Positions 1 through 11,400 of a stretch of DNA of 64,000 nucleotides are shown in pieces. The position numbers and the translations under genes are program-made. The stretch spans positions 4,146,494 to 4,210,493 of the forward strand of contig CM108484.1 in NCBI GenBank assembly GCA_048537945.1. Direction: 5' to 3'. The notes beneath the pieces are model-generated. The model had not been told where the DNA came from, searched no databases, and saw only the letters and a list, made by a program, of their open reading frames with translations. Within the stretch, counting starts at the first letter, position 1. The number at the start of each line of letters is the position of its first letter. Source of the stretch: Mnemiopsis leidyi (taxonomy: Eukaryota).

Positions 1-38
1 CAGACGGGAACCACCGATATGCCTCAAGGCCCACCCTG

Positions 39-154
39 CAAAATTCTGTTTGCAAAATTCTGTTTGCAAAATTCTGTTTGCAAAATTCTGTTGGCAAAAT
101 TCTGTTTGCAAAATTCTGCTTGCAAAATTCTGTTTGCAAAATTCTGTTTGCAAA
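39..154. repeat. 14-bp tandem repeat (caaaattctgtttg)n, ~8 copies
   Basis: Direct reading shows the unit repeated head-to-tail with two point variants. It also gives rise to the spurious minus-strand ORF 24..215. Confidence 0.85.
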
Positions 155-1561
155 CGTTCAAATAAGTAAATTTTCTATCAAACAAATACATTTTTATTTC
201 GTACCATTGATACATCTAACAAATCGATAAAAATATCTTCATTTATGTATAAGAAAACAACAAATTTTTCAAGAAAACAACAAATTTTATTTACAGCATT
301 TTATAAATCAAATTATAAATATATCTCATTCTCACACTCAAACAGTAAATTAGTGAAGTGTGGGTTGACCCAGCGTTGAGTGCAGACGTGACGACGCGAC
401 GCGCACGTACGTCCGCAAACGCACGTGTTGGCGCACGCGCGGCTCCACATCTAATGTCAATGCACAGAAACATGGAAACAAATAAATAAATATCATTAAT
501 CATGTCTAGTCATTATTTTTCTTGCTAATTTATCAAATATTTATCTAATTTAACGTTAAGTCGTTATAGTGTTAAAACTTTGATGGCTATAGGCGGGTTG
601 TATTTAGCTTTAGTATTTATATGTTAATTGTTTAAGCTAAGCTAAGATAGAATGAGATTCAAACTCCAACACTGCATAAAAAACAAACAAATACTCGCTC
701 ATTGTGGGACATTCGCAGAGACGGACACTACCAAAAGCTTCTTTCTCCGCGTGCGCCAAGACCATGTGAAATTGATTTTGTAGAAGTGTTCCATTCAGAA
801 ACTATTAAACTCGACCTCAATGAGCGGGTACTTGCCCCATCAACCCACCCGGCAAAGACCGAGTGTCATGTTGACGATGCAAGAAATCATGAGCCCCATG
901 TGTCACTGCCCGCTTGGAAAAAATCTTAAGTTCATTATGAAAACCGTTCAACATACTTGATGTCGTGTTCAAGTCAAAACTCATGGAGTTGATTAATATA
1001 TTAATAGCAATCCTAGTCACAATCCGAAGAATGAGCCGATCCCCAGACCATCCTGGCCCTAGCAGACAGAAGGAAGGCTGCTGAAGGATGGGAACATTAT
1101 TCATTTTTTCCCACCCTGTATTACCCCCAATGTGAATCCAGGGAAATCCGAGAGATCAGGGGACCGAAACAAACTCCCAAATTGGACGGTAAATATATAT
1201 CAGAAAAGAACTTGTTAGCTATAAATTACGTTTGAATGGCCGGCAGCGACACATGAGTGAGCAAGGCCAGTGGAAGAAAACATATAACTTGATCGTTCAT
1301 TAAAGTACTATTCCTCAGAAATTTTGATTGAGCCTTTGATGGACTGCAAAAAGAGGATCATGCTCTTTTTTTTTTTTTTTTTTTTTTTCCAAGGTTTAAA
1401 GTTGGTCATTTTATGATTATATGGAGTATTTTGCTATATACAATTGCATTTTGGTACACTTAGAGGCTGCTGGGCTTAGATGCTATTTATAATCTTTATT
1501 AGTAACATACAAAGAAATTTATGATAAATCATGTGAAATAGACTGGTTTTATAGCAAGGAT

Positions 1562-3528
1562 ATGTTGTCTATAGAAAATATGTGGGATGAACTTTGTAAT
1601 AAGATGCGTTTAGTTAGTGATGATATTGTTCCCACTGAAAATAGTTTGAAACTCAAACAGCCTTGGGTTAATTCATCTCTTAAGAGATGCAGAAAGAAGA
1701 CAGACAAATGTTGGTCGTCTTTTGACTGTAATCCAACTGTTGAGAACCTTAATGTAGCACTCAATCAGCAGGAGAAGTTTGAAGATATGTCATTCAAATG
1801 TAAAATTGAATTTGAAAAGAGAATTACTAAACACTTGAAAACCAACTGTAAACCTTTTTATGCTTATCTTCGAGGAAAAAGAGTTGTTAAAGACAGTGTT
1901 TCATCTCTTGAAAAACCTGATGGTTCATTGACAAAGAATAACATTGAAACAGCAGAGGTACTTGCTGATGCTTTTGCCTCAGTCTTTGTCAAGGAACCAT
2001 ATGGTCCTTTAAATGAAGAATGTTATGATATATCTGAAGATTCGGTGATAGATGACTTAGAAATAACTTCTGATGATGTTTTAGATGAGTTTAAAAAAAT
2101 CAACATAAGTAAGAGCCCAGGGCCAGATGAAATACATCCTAAATTATTAAAAGGACTTGCTAGCAACAAAGATTTTATTGATTCAGTAACTAAATTATTT
2201 CAAGCCTGTGCCAATAGTGGTGAAATGCCAAGTCAGTGGAAGACAGCAAATGTTACTTCAATTTATAAGAAAGGGAGTCGTAAATGTGCCTTAAATTATA
2301 GACCTGTTTCACTTACTTCCATCGTAAGTAAATTATATGAAAAGCTGGTTAGAAGACACTTGTTAAGTTACATATCCCATAAGATTGATCCTAACCAGCT
2401 TGGTTTTGTTGAAGGTAAATCCTGTTTGTCCAATCTCCTTGAAAGTATTGATGATGTTATAGCTATGCTGGAAGATGACAAACCAGTCGATGTATTTTAT
2501 TTTGATTTCTGTAAAGCCTTTGATAGTGTTCCTCACTACAGGCTGCTTGAAAAATTAGAGAATTTAGGAATAAGAGGTAAAACATTAGATATTATTAGAG
2601 ATTTTCTGTCTCATAGAACATTTAGAACCTATGTCGGGGGTGCTTTTTCTAAGCTCCGCTTTGTGTTATCTGGTGTACCCCAGGGCTCAGTATTAGGACC
2701 TTTACTTTTTTTACTTTTCATTAATGACCTACCTGATCATGTGCAAAGTATATCAAAACTATTTGCTGATGATCTGAAAGTAATAGTTGATGCCAGTGAT
2801 AAAGAAACAGTATGTAATATGCTTAAGAACCTGGAAAATTGGCAAAATATGTGGCTACTAAAGTTTAATCCAGCTTTTTTTACTTTTCATTAATGACCTA
2901 CCTGATCATGTGCAAAGTATATCAAAACTATTTGCTGATGATCTGAAAGTAATAGTTGATGCCAGTGATAAAGAAACAGTATGTAATATGCTTAAGAACC
3001 TGGAAAATTGGCAAAATATGTGGCTACTAAAGTTTAATCCAGCTTTTTTTACTTTTCATTAATGACCTACCTGATCATGTGCAAAGTATATCAAAACTAT
3101 TTGCTGATGATCTGAAAGTAATAGTTGATGCCAGTGATAAAGAAACAGTATGTAATATGCTTAAGAACCTGGAAAATTGGCAAAATATGTGGCTACTAAA
3201 GTTTAATCCAGCTAAATGCAAGATAATGCATATTCCTTTCAATGGAAACCCAATGCATGATTATTCTTTTAGTGGAACTATTCTTGAATCTACTGATGTT
3301 GAGAGGGATCTTGGAGTGCTTACCACACCAGATTTTACCTGGAAACAGAACATTCAGAGCTGTATAAGTAAAGCTAATAGTATGATTGCATGGATAACAA
3401 GAAGTATTGTAACAAGGGATGAGATTGTTATGCGGAATGTTTATAAATGTATTGTTCGACCTCACTTAGAATATTGTGCACAGCTATGGTCTCCACCTGC
3501 CACTCATGGAAACTGGGCCACTATCATT
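1562..3528 (+). mobile_element. Non-LTR (LINE) retrotransposon, family 1, copy A, 5' segment. The reverse-transcriptase ORF is 5'-truncated (no endonuclease domain) and interrupted at 3528 by a foreign element.
   Basis: ORF 1562..2893 carries RT motifs: FYFDFCKAFDSVPH, VPQGSVLGPLLFLLFINDLPD and FADDLKV (the YXDD box). It is nearly identical to minus-strand copy B (20364..21797) over the shared region. Homology to copy B stops at 3528 and resumes at 19242. Confidence 0.8.
2713..3219 (+). repeat. Tandem triplication of a 169-bp segment inside the RT ORF of copy A. The unit start positions are 2713, 2882 and 3051.
   Basis: Three near-identical head-to-tail units encode ...INDLPDHVQSISKLFADDLKVIVDASDKETVCNMLKNLENWQNMWLLKFNPA. 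Copy B has a single unit. Because 169 is not a multiple of 3, the extra copies shift the frame, and a stop appears at 2891. Confidence 0.85.
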
Positions 3529-3745
3529 CAGACAACCTTATAACGCATTTGCGGCACTGCGGCACTTGCGGCACTCCAATGCGGCACTTGCGGCACTCAC
3601 ATGCGGCACTTGCGGCACTGCTTAAATGAGAAATGCGGCACTTGCGGCACTCTCGAATGAAAAATGCGGCACTTTAAGATTGCAAATGCACGTATTAAAC
3701 GTTGCCTAGCCCTGCGAAGCGGTAGCCAGGCCACGACCGGCGGCG
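3529..3745. repeat. Left terminal inverted repeat with subterminal (tgcggcac)n motifs
   Basis: There are ~10 copies of gcggcac in the first 150 bp, followed by aacgttgcctagccctgcgaagcggtagcc. The mirrored partner is at 18860..19241. Confidence 0.6.
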
Positions 3746-5987
3746 TAAACGCATGTGATCAATGTAGTATTTATATTTAACATTGTCTGACTTTGTCTTG
3801 ACGAGATTATACCCGTCTAATGTTAGATACCTGGGGTTTTATGATTAGTCTTTGGAAAAGTGTTAGTTCAGCAGTTAGTACTTAATATTGTATCTTGTGG
3901 TGTACGTGTTGGTTTGTATAAGGGTGAACAAGCACGGCACTGCAAATTCCACTATATAGCTCTAAGGTCACGTTGTCGGATGGCTTAGAAAATAATTGCA
4001 AGGCTCATACAAAGGTGACAATAGTTGATTCTCATACTCGAAGCACTTGAAAATATATCGTCTGTCATCAAAGGGTCATCAGGTAAGCAGTTCGACCAAT
4101 AAGATGCGGTTGAAACATCTCACAGAGCCGTGGTTGTCACCAACACTATTAAAGAATTTTATATTTAGAAATTTGATAAATTATTCGTATCTGAGATTTT
4201 AAGACTGACCAACAGTAACACGACACGAAGACCAACAAATCCGCCAACCGAACTCAGCGCAGTAGAGAGAGAGCTATCGTCGGAGGAAGTGACGAAAGCT
4301 CAGGTCCGCCAGGCAGACATGAGAAGTTGATAAAAGACGGGAACCTCTCAGTAACTCAGTAGTGAGTAGTGGTCCCTCTCCCCACTCACTCTCCTTCCCC
4401 CTCTATCTCTCCAACCGAGTATCACGAGGTAAACCCTGATTACTGCATAAGTCCAATACCATGTTTCTGCTTTGCAAATTCTTAGTAAATTCTTAGTAAA
4501 ATTCTTAGTAAATTCTTAAAAAAAATTCTTAGTAAAAACATTTATGATTGAACAGTGTTTAATCTCGGTCTCCTTAGCTTCTTTGAATAGGTTTACATGT
4601 TTGATGTTCGACTCAACTAATTGCCTAAAATACATTCTCGCAGGACCTTGACATGCCTGACAAGTCCACCCATCGCTACCTTCGGCCAATGAAGTCACTC
4701 ACAGCTTTCCATAACACGGTACGATTAATTCCATAACATTGTTAGGTTCTCTAGGGTCTGAAAAACACTTGATCTGATATGAATTGTTGTAGCCTGCTTT
4801 CAATTATACTCAAAATCGATCATAACATTTAGGCATCGGCATGATATTATCCGATGAGACAATTCTTTACTATTTCAGCTCCCCACTGACCTAATGAGTC
4901 TTACTTATCTGATAGTCACTCTACCTCATACCAGATCATCCGTCCGGTCCTCGTGATACTCGGTATGCACCCTACTTCCTCTTACTAATACACCTTGCAT
5001 TTCCTCAATTTATTCAATCGTCTGACGTAACAGTATTAATCTAGTATCCCCTGATAACTATAGCTTATTATCATATCGTCCGCTGTTGGATGCCTCCAAA
5101 ATGTTGATAATCACGATTGTACTTAACCTATTCATACCAACAAATATCTGATATTATATTCTCATTATAAATCATCCAGGTTTTTGTCCGCGGCCAGCAT
5201 CCAGTATCTAGACAGCCTGCACCACTCTGCTGCTATCGTCTCCCTTCCTTCCTCCCATTTGATGTGTTCAGACAACCCTTAATTCTCCCTCCTCCCACCT
5301 GCTGACGATTAATTGCCGTAGTAGTGTCGTAGTCGCAATCCGTGGACCCTTGAATTATTAGTAATCTAATTGATGTTAGTTAATATTAAGAACTCATTAG
5401 TATTTATAGTTGCGGTTTTTATCTATGATATTGTAAGTTTGCCGTTCAATTATTTAGTAACCTTCTCATAAACTGTTCAACTTGTTTCAACCACCGATAT
5501 GTAATTAAATTCAACCTAAAATTATACATTTCAATCAAAATACCTATTAGTCAAAATTACTACGAAATTGATTCGCAACTTCCAGAGTCGAGGCTTGAAC
5601 CTAGCCCTGAGTGTCTCTATATCTCGAAATATAATCAATGAAAGTAAATCACATACTTAAGTTAAACGACATGGTCTCTGGGCCAAGGAGCCCTATAAAT
5701 AAATAACAGGCCTAGAGCCATATTGTGACATGAACTCAGTATTTTGCATTACGTACGTATTCAACAACCTTGCTTCAGTATTCAACATTACCTAGAACAT
5801 TACTTATAACTACATTATAATAGCTACCGGCCTAAGTGCATGACATCTGCACTTAGTAGCTCTACCGCACTCCTACCTGTCCTTTAAAAACTCCACATTA
5901 TTAAACAATTGCAATTTAATCCAGTACATAACGTCAGAACAAGTGAAGCCTTAATTAGCGGTACATAACATCTAACGTTCTAACGAA

Positions 5988-6318
5988 ACGTTCAGCTTTA
6001 GCTGCGTGAGTCGGGTATCACCGCGACAAACTTTGTCCGACCCTCATTTTATCCCGGAGAATAAAATGACGGGAGGGTGCGCGCTGCTGTACAATATTTA
6101 ACATTGTACAGCTCGCTCACTCCAAACACATTTTACGCTGCGGCGTTGCTGCGCTCTAACCATTAGATGCGCGTAATACTTTAAGTTTAAATATTATATT
6201 AGGTGAGACGAGTGACATCCGTCTATTGATTTTGTAATTAACTTAAAAAAGCTGGTAGTTGCTTGTCGAGGTTTTATTTGACTGTCGCGCGGCTCGTAGC
6301 TTTGCTGCTCTCTCGTTT
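5988..6318. mobile_element. MITE-like short IR-bounded element, family M1. Related copies lie at 23862..24360, with fragments at 18203..18232 and 18485..18575.
   Basis: One end reads cagctttagctgcgtgagtcgggtatcaccgcgacaaac. The other reads ttgtcgaggtt...gtcgcgcggctcgtagctttgctgc. The same inverted pair (cagcaagctgcgagtcgcg...cctcgacaag against cttgtcgagg...cgcggctcgcagcttgctg) bounds 23862..24360. Confidence 0.4.
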
Positions 6319-6899
6319 CGTTAAAACGGTAAACGGATATTATCCCGTTAAGTAGCTGCTTGTCTGGGACCTGATCGGTCTAATTGTTGGAGGGAAACGT
6401 AGAGACAAGAGAGAGCCTCGCATTGCCTTGTAAAGCTAAAGTAGCTGCGCGTTGGTCAGACCCCTGGTTCATAGCCTTGTCATCACGCAAGGTCAACAAG
6501 CGCGCTGCGCATTATCAAGCATGCAATCAAATTTGAATCAAGCACTCAGACGACAAAACTATGCTTCTTGAATGCCGGAGCTCTATATTGTCCTATGATA
6601 AATCCTTATCTGCACTTGAATAAATGATTAATTGATAATGGATAATTATGCCAGCATCATCTTGACGAGATTATATTGTCAAACGTTGCCTAACCTGCTG
6701 CCGCGCTTGAAAATGGGCCGCAACGCAAGGCAAAGATTATATCCGTTAAGGAAAAGGCAATTTTAGGAAAAGACAATTTTATTCAATTTTTACGTCTGAT
6801 AATAGTACATTCAATTAAAATATGTTTAAAAATCCGCTTTCCGTCACTCACATCTGTGAGCATACAAACTTTGGCTTAACATCTTAAAATTTCCGATTT

Positions 6900-9085
6900 A
6901 TGCCAGAGAGCAGCAAAGCTTTCTCCAAACTTCCTGAAGTAGGAAAAGTCACTCCAGTGCATAAAAAGGGGATCTACAATTATTTGATAACCATAGACCT
7001 ATATCTATATTACCAATATCTGGTGGGATATATTCTAGACTCTGCAGCTTCTTTGCATCTCAAATGGTGGTTCATGACAAATAATTTGGATTTAGAGCCA
7101 ACCACTCAACAGCTTATCACTCATGCTGTTAATTACTCTTTCAACCATATTCTTGATAACCTGAAGAAGAAGAACTATGTTATAGGAACTTTCATTGATC
7201 TTAGTAAAGCTCTTGACACTATTTTGACCATGAAAAATTCCTTGTAAGATTAGAACGCTATGGCATCAGGGGTGCTTGTCTTGAACCTATAAGAAGCTAT
7301 CTATGTGGCCGACAGCAATATACTAACTTCTAGAATACACATTATGAAAACTGTAAGGTTAACTATAGTGTCCCTTAGGGAGTTGCCTTTGGGGCTTGCT
7401 CCACTTCTGTTCCTACTGTATATCAATGACATTACAAATGCCAGTAACCTTGGACATTTTATATTATTTGCAATCAAACAAGAAAATTTCAATCAAACAG
7501 GAAAATTTTTTTCACAACAATTACAGGATGTATATACGATTAAGATTAAAACTCTTTTAAACTTAATTTTTATTCAGTTATTTGTCGAGTTACAGATTTC
7601 CCAGATTGATTTTAATCGTTCAGCCGGACAATTTTAATTGACGAGTAATTTACACCACTTGTACTAACACAACATAGTAGGAATTAAGGTTGCACATACA
7701 ATAGGTCAATATGACAATGGCGACGCCAAGCAGACTCGAGATAATTAAAATAAACAACGAAATGAACAGGCGATTGTGTTCAAACTTTGCGCGTGCAGTG
7801 CGGAGTTTTTAAAATGCGGAATTTTTTTAATCATGCATCGAACGGCTGCATTACTTCGCGCGTCTGTATTAACAAGTGCAGAAAAATTAAATTGACCGAA
7901 ATTACTGGTTTTTTGTTCGAGAAATGCGAGTTGCCTGATGCATATTTTGATTCCTCATTTGGCGAATTGTAATAAAAATAAGGGACGTCACGATACCGGA
8001 AATTAAGCGGTCGCCTGACACAAATCTTGTTTAATTTTATAATTCAAATCTTAGCTCATGACATGATTTTGGAAATGTGGCATCATGTTTCATGGTTCAG
8101 CCCGACCTTATAAAATTAAAAACCGTTCACGATGCCACCACGACACGACACCTAACCGCTCAATACTCATGTGAAAAATTTATGAGTATGTCCAATTGCT
8201 ACTAAAGGCTGGGTGGAAATATAACACCCGCCTGTCGGGAATAACAGGCCTAATTCTTGTTTTATTGGTACCATTAATACATAAAAATCGCTGGTATAAC
8301 AGTTGAAAAGAAATTTACACGAAGAAGTTAGCGTTATCAGTTTTACAAGACAGATGATACCAACATATTTGCGGATGATACTTACATATTTGTAACTGGT
8401 AAAAGTGAAGTAGAGGTTCATTTTCATGCTAATCAGGTTCTTAGAGCAATTAATGACTACATGGCATCCAACAACATTGCGGTCATGCATTGCATGAAAT
8501 ATATCGAGTCACTGGCCATAGGAGGTCTTCATCTTTACATATGATATTTGTAATTTAATAAACCAAAATTTAATTGTTCTAAATGTTCTTTTCTCATATA
8601 AATATCAGTGAATCAGTTTACATGCTTTTTCCAACTTAATAGAAACTCCTACTGTGCTTGTGCACGTGAATATAATGGTCATCAACCCCTAAAACTGTCG
8701 GATATTGAATTAACTCATAAAGAAGGTGTCACATTTTTAGGTGTTATAATTGATTCTGGGCTTCATGGGAACCCATGTTGAAAAACTTCAAGCTAAACTT
8801 GCATTCAGTATAAATGCTGTAATTATCATGAAGTTTATTTCACACCGGAGTTATTGTGTAAGTTGTTGGGGTGGAGTCACACCTTATAGGTTATCCAAGC
8901 TGTTCACACTTAAGAAACGATGTGTCTGCCTCCTCTTTGGAACTAAACCTACTTTTGACAATACTGTATTCTATGAAACTTGTGTTAGAGCCAAAAGAAT
9001 CTCTGGCCACATGGCCAAGAAAAATTACTTGCTCGAAAAATCCTTTCCTATCTTTAACAAGGAGAAAATCTTGTCAGATACATAA
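6900..9085 (+). pseudogene. Degenerate LINE (family 2) ORF2 remnant with frameshifts and stops
   Basis: Three fragments in successive + frames are visible. The first is VGKVTPVHKKG...FIDLSKALDTI. The second is FADDTYIFVTGKSEVEVHFHANQVLRAINDYMASNNIAV, the RT FADD box region near 8350..8470. The third is a CR1/L2-type ORF2 C-terminus, ISHRSYCVSCWGGVTP...KRCVCLLFG, at 8750..9085. Confidence 0.6.
7740..8050. repeat. Unclassified dispersed repeat (family X). A second copy is at 32600..32870, inside TEP1 intron 1.
   Basis: The two copies share gattgtgttcaaa.tttgcg...gagtttttaa...ttcgcgaattgtaataa..ataag...ggaaattaagc.gtcgcctg.cac in the same orientation. ORFs 7787..7972 and 32583..32810 are by-products of this repeat. 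Confidence 0.5.
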
Positions 9086-9088
9086 TTA

Positions 9089-9392
9089 CAGTCATCCCCC
9101 GATTTACCGGGCCTTATTCCTTTCCCCCGAAATTTATTTTATTTCCAAGGCAACTGTTAAATTTTGTTGTCAAAACTATGTAATACAGTCAGACTAACAA
9201 TTTTTACTTGTTTAACATTGTTCCAATGACAAAAAGACGGTATATAGACACATAAGACGGTATATAGACCAATAAGAGACAATTTAGACCCAATTACGGC
9301 CACAAATTGCACTCCCCCGATTTACCGGGTCCCCCGATTTACCGTGCATTTTTGCTTTCCCCCGAAAAGCCCGATAAATTGGGGGATGACTG
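9089..9392. mobile_element. Tc1/mariner-type MITE (304 bp) flanked by a TA dinucleotide on each side
   Basis: The TIRs are cagtcatcccccgatttaccggg at 9089 and cccgataaattgggggatgactg ending at 9392. There is a TA immediately on both sides. The interior has four copies of cccccgatttaccg. Tc1-family TIRs characteristically start with CAGT. Confidence 0.5.
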
Positions 9393-9561
9393 TAGTATGT
9401 GCATCATATTTTCATTGAACTGTTCGTTAAGTCGTTAAAAATCGCCAACCAATATCCCTAGCTAACTTGTTTTAATTAAGTTTGAGGTCTACCAGTTTTC
9501 TTATATAAATACCACAATGTAAACTCGATTTGTCTATGCATAACTTTGTTTATATCACCAG

Positions 9562-10168
9562 TCCCTCTCCCTCTCCCTCTCCCTCTCCCTCTCCCTCTCC
9601 CTCTCCCTCTCCCTCTCCCTCTCCCTCTCCCTCTCCCTCTCCCTCTCCCTCTCCCTCTCCCTCTCCCTCTCCCTCTCCCTCTCCCTCTCCCTCTCCCTCT
9701 CCCTCTCCCTCTCCCTCTCCCTCTCCCTCTCCCTCTCCCTCTCCCTCTCCCTCTCCCTCTCCCTCTCCCTCTCCCTCTCCCTCTCCCTCTCCCTCTCCCT
9801 CTCCCTCTCCCTCTCCCTCTCCCTCTCCCTCTCCCTCTCCCTCTCCCTCTCCCTCTCCCTCTCCCTCTCCCTCTCCCTCTCCCTCTCCCTCTCCCTCTCC
9901 CTCTCCCTCTCCCTCTCCCTCTCCCTCTCCCTCTCCCTCTCCCTCTCCCTCTCCCTCTCCCTCTCCCTCTCCCTCTCCCAGCTCCCTCTCCCTCTCCCTC
10001 TCCCTCTCCCTCTCCCTCTCCCTCTCCCAGCTCCCTCTCCCAGCTCCCTCTCCCTCTCCCAGCTCCCTCTCCCTCTCCCTCTCCCTCTCCCTCTCCCTCT
10101 CCCTCTCCCTCTCCCTCTCCCTCTCCCTCTCCCTCTCCCCCTCCCCCTCCCTCTCCCTCTCCCTCTCG
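9562..10168. repeat. (CCCTCT)n hexanucleotide microsatellite of ~100 units, with a few CCCAGCTCCCTCT interruptions
   Basis: Direct reading. It produces the spurious ORFs 9476..10171, 9530..10207 and 9546..10178. Confidence 0.95.
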
Positions 10169-10339
10169 CATCTCTTAAATCGAGTTCATTTGATTCTTGA
10201 ATCCTAGAAGCTAAGATCTGAAGCAGTTAAGAGACTAATTTAAGATTATTGATTATGTTATTTATTTGTCCATTACCAGTCGATTACTCGATTAATTATA
10301 CTAATGGCATCAAAGATTTCACTGCAACGCTACCGCTAA

Positions 10340-11400
10340 AAAATTCTGATATAAGATCAGCACCAACTTCTTGATGGTTAATCAGGTACGATTTGATTTT
10401 TGAGGAACACACAATGAGACAGCACTTAATCAGAATGAATTCTTCGTAATAAATTTACATCGCTAGTTCTGAAATGTATGAAAAGTTAATGACTGCTGAT
10501 AATGTAAAACTACTCCAAAAACTTTTTTTTAAAAGAATAGTTTTTACTCCAGTACAAACAGGATGAAAAGGGTCAAAGGATGACAATATATGAAAATATC
10601 AAAAAATAAGAACAAGTTCCAAGCAATAAAACTCCCTCCCCAAAAACAAATCCCTAAATTATCTTACTACAACAATTCTATTGAGCCCACAAATGTTAGT
10701 TCTAAACTTCTGAATTAATTTTTCCTCTTCCCTATCTAAATCAACTGGTCTAACTCTTTTGACAATGCCTAATTTAAAGAACTCCATACTAAACTGGGAT
10801 TTATGTGCCAATTTATGTTAATCAGGTACATATTTTGACCGTTAGTTGACTTGATTCAAATCTTAGATCTATAGGTTTAGATCTAGAACCAAATATCCAG
10901 CTCTTGCAGCTGTTTTATTGGTCTCCTAACTTATCACACATAAGCCACACGGCCATACATTGTAGTAGATAAGTAGATATAGAGTATGGTATTTTGAGGA
11001 AGGGTCTCGAATTTCAACCAATCAGAAGCAAGAAAGCAGTGTTTTCTCTCTTCTAATTGGTTAAAATTTGAGACCCTTCCCGAAAATACCGTACTTTATT
11101 GCGTTGACATACAAAATTTTGTTCTTTTATTGCCTACTATTTCAGCTCGATAAAACATTAGCCGAGTAACAGAACGCAAATTCTCCTCAATCTGCAGCTG
11201 AGTGATGTACCAACTGTCCGCTTTGTTAGTTTAAGAGAAGAAAGGATCAGTACTTCTTGATGGTTAATCAGGTACACATTTTGACCGTAATTGGTTGACT
11301 TGATTCTTATCTTTATAAATCTGTAGGTTTAGACCTAGAACCAAATATCCAGCCCATGCAACTGTTTTATTGGTCACCTGGCTTATCACCATGGTAACAG
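10340..11400. repeat. Three partial tandem copies (~450-bp period) of a segment containing ttgatggttaatcaggtac...gaccgt..ttgacttgattc. A 111-bp hairpin sits at 10984..11094.
   Basis: Similar blocks occur at 10360..10400, 10790..10940 and 11250..11400. The hairpin arms ggtattttgaggaagggtctcgaatttcaaccaatcagaag and cttctaattggttaaaatttgagacccttcccgaaaatacc are reverse complements of each other. Confidence 0.5.

Noticed and set aside
3541-3680. Regularly spaced 8-mer tgcggcac repeats (and gtgccgca at 19100..19230), considered as a CRISPR-like or protein-binding array
   Set aside because: The two sets are reverse complements of each other at the two ends of a 15.7-kb insertion. They are therefore interpreted as transposon subterminal repeats.
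8167-8490. Minus-strand 107-aa ORF
   Set aside because: It is antisense to the LINE family-2 RT remnant, whose FADD box reads on the plus strand at ~8350, and is probably spurious.
9476-10207. Three long ORFs (231, 225 and 210 aa) encoding poly-GEGEGE, poly-SPSP and poly-LPLP
   Set aside because: They are pure translations of the (CCCTCT)n hexanucleotide microsatellite. The composition is periodic, no start context is evident, and they overlap in all frames.
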